A DNA stretch of 39,748 nucleotides from an uncultured archaeon (GTDB lineage: Archaea; Asgardarchaeota; Lokiarchaeia; Sigyniarchaeales; SOKP01): NCBI GenBank assembly GCA_964388035.1, contig CAYLZE010000042.1:1-39748 (forward strand). Reading direction: 5' to 3'. Shown one piece after another: positions 37,667 to 39,748 of the stretch; within the stretch, counting starts at the first letter, position 1; each line of letters starts with the position of its first letter. Below the pieces are notes generated by a model, which saw only the letters and a list, made by a program, of their open reading frames with translations, did not search any database and was not told where the DNA came from. The position numbers and the translations under genes were made by a program.

Positions 37667-39748
37667 TTAAATCCTCAATTTATTCCGCCAAAAATCGATT
37701 TTCCTCTCTAAAGCTTGAATCTCTGACTTACCTAAAGGAGTATCTGCTGATAAAGGAGATGCAGCCAGTTCAATTTGATCTAAAACACTGGAATATCCTT
37801 GCACCCGATTAATTTCGTTTTTTAATTCCATTAAAACTTTGGAAATATCTTTTTGAGATAAATGATCCAAATTCTTTCTTAGACCATCAAATGCTTCTTT
37901 AATGTTCATACCCTCACCATTTGTGAAGCTTTCGTTAACAATAGTAGGTTTAGATTCAAATTTAGATTCAAATGTATTTATGGATTTACTTTCAAAAGGT
38001 GATTCTAATTTAGAAATACTTGATATTGGTTGAGATTGAGGTTGAGGTGGTTGAGACTCCTCTTTCAAGATAACTTCTTGCTTTACCTCATTAATCGTAG
38101 TCACTTTTTGGGAAATTGCTTGTTGACTACTTGAAACGGGTTTACTGATCAATTGTTGGACATCCTTTTTTGCGTTGACCCATGCTTCTTCAAGAATAGG
38201 AACGAAAATTTGTATATGTTCTTGCATAACACTCCCGATGCCTGCAAATTCAATTATCTCCCGGTCCTTTATCTCTGTTTTTGACATCACACATAACAGT
38301 ATCTCTTCATAATCCCGATTTATTCCCAATAAATCTGCTTTATCTCGATATCTATAAGAGACGTTGGATAGCTCATTTAATGATTCCAATATAGGTCTAT
38401 CAACGGGTGAATTAACATCGAAATTGGTGGCAATTCGTATATTAGTATGTATTGGACTATTTTTAATCAAATTCATATCAATATCTGTCAAGTGGGGCGT
38501 AACTATTAGAAGACGCATTTTAGTCTTAGGGATTTGTTCCCGCATGTGAGCTTTAGCCGCTTCAATTGAACGAATAAACCAAATATCTTTCATTGTTATG
38601 ATTGTTGCTCGCTTTGAGCGATCCCAGAATTTTTGTGTTGTTTCTTCGCTTAATTTTACACGATCCACGATTTCTGATAAAACGGTCCGTAATGTATCAA
38701 TAACCTCCGTGGAAAATACCTTTCTTAACTCGTCAAATGATTCAATAATTTTATCTGATATTCCCGTAATTTTTTCTTCTGACTTAAGTACCGCTGAATT
38801 AAAATTATCACTAATTACTCCAAAAACATCTTTAATTTTCTCAGCAGAATCCGTACTTGAGGACGTGATTTTTCCTATGTTTGATTCGATATTATTAAGT
38901 AAATTGGTCTGTTTGGAAATGAAATTCTTGTTAAAACTTTCTGTTACTTTTTTAACCCCATCTTCAAATACATTTGCAATTACTTTTTCAACTGTTTGTT
39001 GGATTACACCTAACCGTAATTTCACCAAGTTTTTTGAAATTTTATCTTTAATTTCTTCAAATTGTTGCCTGATTTCTTCAATTTGTATTTTTAAAAGTTC
39101 TTTTGTATCTTGATCAAGGGTTCTCAGTACCTTCGTAATATCCTTAATTTGTAAGATGCTTGTAAGAGTCTTATTGAAATCTTCTTTCTGTGTTGTCATC
39201 TGTGAAAGCATTTGATCTTTCATGCCTTCCATAAAATCAACATATTCATTTAGTTCTTGGATACCTTTAGCCTTAGCTTCAACACTGGAAAAAGAACTAT
39301 TTAATTCATTTGGTACTCTTTCTTTTATTTCTGATATGAACGAATCGAATCTCTTTAATTGCTCTTTTAATGCAGCATACGGTGGTAAGGGCGAATAATG
39401 GGGAGTAACTCCCAGTATTTCCTTAAACAATCCTTTCTCAACAAATTTTTTAGCGATAACGTGACATTCATCTTTAGGTTTATCAATTAAAAGTGAGATT
39501 TCCCCCAATGATACCACATCTCGCCCCGTAGCTAAAAAGTATAATTCAATTTCTTCATTTGTTAAATCTAATTCCTTTAATACCTGTTTAGTAAGTTCCT
39601 CAGTATAAGAAAGATCTGTTTCTAAAATATCCTCGACTTTAAATTCTTCCACGTTTAAAAACTTATCAAAATAAGCAATTAATTTGTGAGGAGGATCTCC
39701 ATGTATATCCTCCCTTTTTATCGGAAAACTCTTAAAATCCTCGTATTC
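37667..39748 (-). CDS. TrmB-like wHTH + long helical/coiled-coil region + PLD-like domain protein (5'-partial)
   Basis: LDLTNEEIELY..VSLGEISLLIDKP..FVEKGLFKEI..HYSPLPP resembles the TrmB HTH; KMRLLIVTP..IRIAT..RDYEEILL resembles the TrmB/PLD-like domain. The frame stays open to the window end (EYEDFKSFPIKREDIHGDPPHKLIAYFDKFLN). Confidence 0.7.
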   Translation of the reverse strand, partial: EYEDFKSFPIKREDIHGDPPHKLIAYFDKFLNVEEFKVEDILETDLSYTEELTKQVLKELDLTNEEIELYFLATGRDVVSLGEISLLIDKPKDECHVIAKKFVEKGLFKEILGVTPHYSPLPPYAALKEQLKRFDSFISEIKERVPNELNSSFSSVEAKAKGIQELNEYVDFMEGMKDQMLSQMTTQKEDFNKTLTSILQIKDITKVLRTLDQDTKELLKIQIEEIRQQFEEIKDKISKNLVKLRLGVIQQTVEKVIANVFEDGVKKVTESFNKNFISKQTNLLNNIESNIGKITSSSTDSAEKIKDVFGVISDNFNSAVLKSEEKITGISDKIIESFDELRKVFSTEVIDTLRTVLSEIVDRVKLSEETTQKFWDRSKRATIITMKDIWFIRSIEAAKAHMREQIPKTKMRLLIVTPHLTDIDMNLIKNSPIHTNIRIATNFDVNSPVDRPILESLNELSNVSYRYRDKADLLGINRDYEEILLCVMSKTEIKDREIIEFAGIGSVMQEHIQIFVPILEEAWVNAKKDVQQLISKPVSSSQQAISQKVTTINEVKQEVILKEESQPPQPQSQPISSISKLESPFESKSINTFESKFESKPTIVNESFTNGEGMNIKEAFDGLRKNLDHLSQKDISKVLMELKNEINRVQGYSSVLDQIELAASPLSADTPLGKSEIQALERKIDFWRNKLRI

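Noticed and set aside
1-39748. CRISPR arrays, tRNA/rRNA genes, transposases, integrases or viral genes
   Set aside because: No regularly spaced repeats, GC-rich structural RNA segments or recombinase/capsid motifs were seen by eye. tRNAscan and Infernal were not run.

Overview
AT-rich archaeal chromosomal window. Its gene content (TFB paralogs, eukaryote-like ubiquitin machinery, many glycosylated surface proteins) best fits an Asgard archaeon, probably Lokiarchaeia; this assignment is an inference. Bases 1-11.5 kb hold a catabolic hydrolase/acyl-CoA cluster plus a PAS histidine kinase and AlaX. The main result is a compact minus-strand cluster at 11775-16014 encoding a complete Ubl conjugation cascade: a Ubl with an acidic N-terminal tail that ends in -STAG instead of -GG, a Uba2/Uba3-like E1, an E2, a JAMM/MPN+ isopeptidase, and a ~6-TM membrane protein with a C-terminal RING-variant domain (candidate membrane E3). 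No ESCRT genes are nearby. A 522-aa repetitive coiled-coil gene is transcribed divergently from it. The rest of the window has three TFB-family genes, a frameshifted TumE/DUF6516-like toxin with its partner, an unannotated 57-aa Cys-rich ORF, a 1315-aa secreted prenyltransferase-repeat surface protein, a membrane-protein operon and a 5'-truncated TrmB-like protein. I saw no rRNA, tRNA, CRISPR array or transposase.
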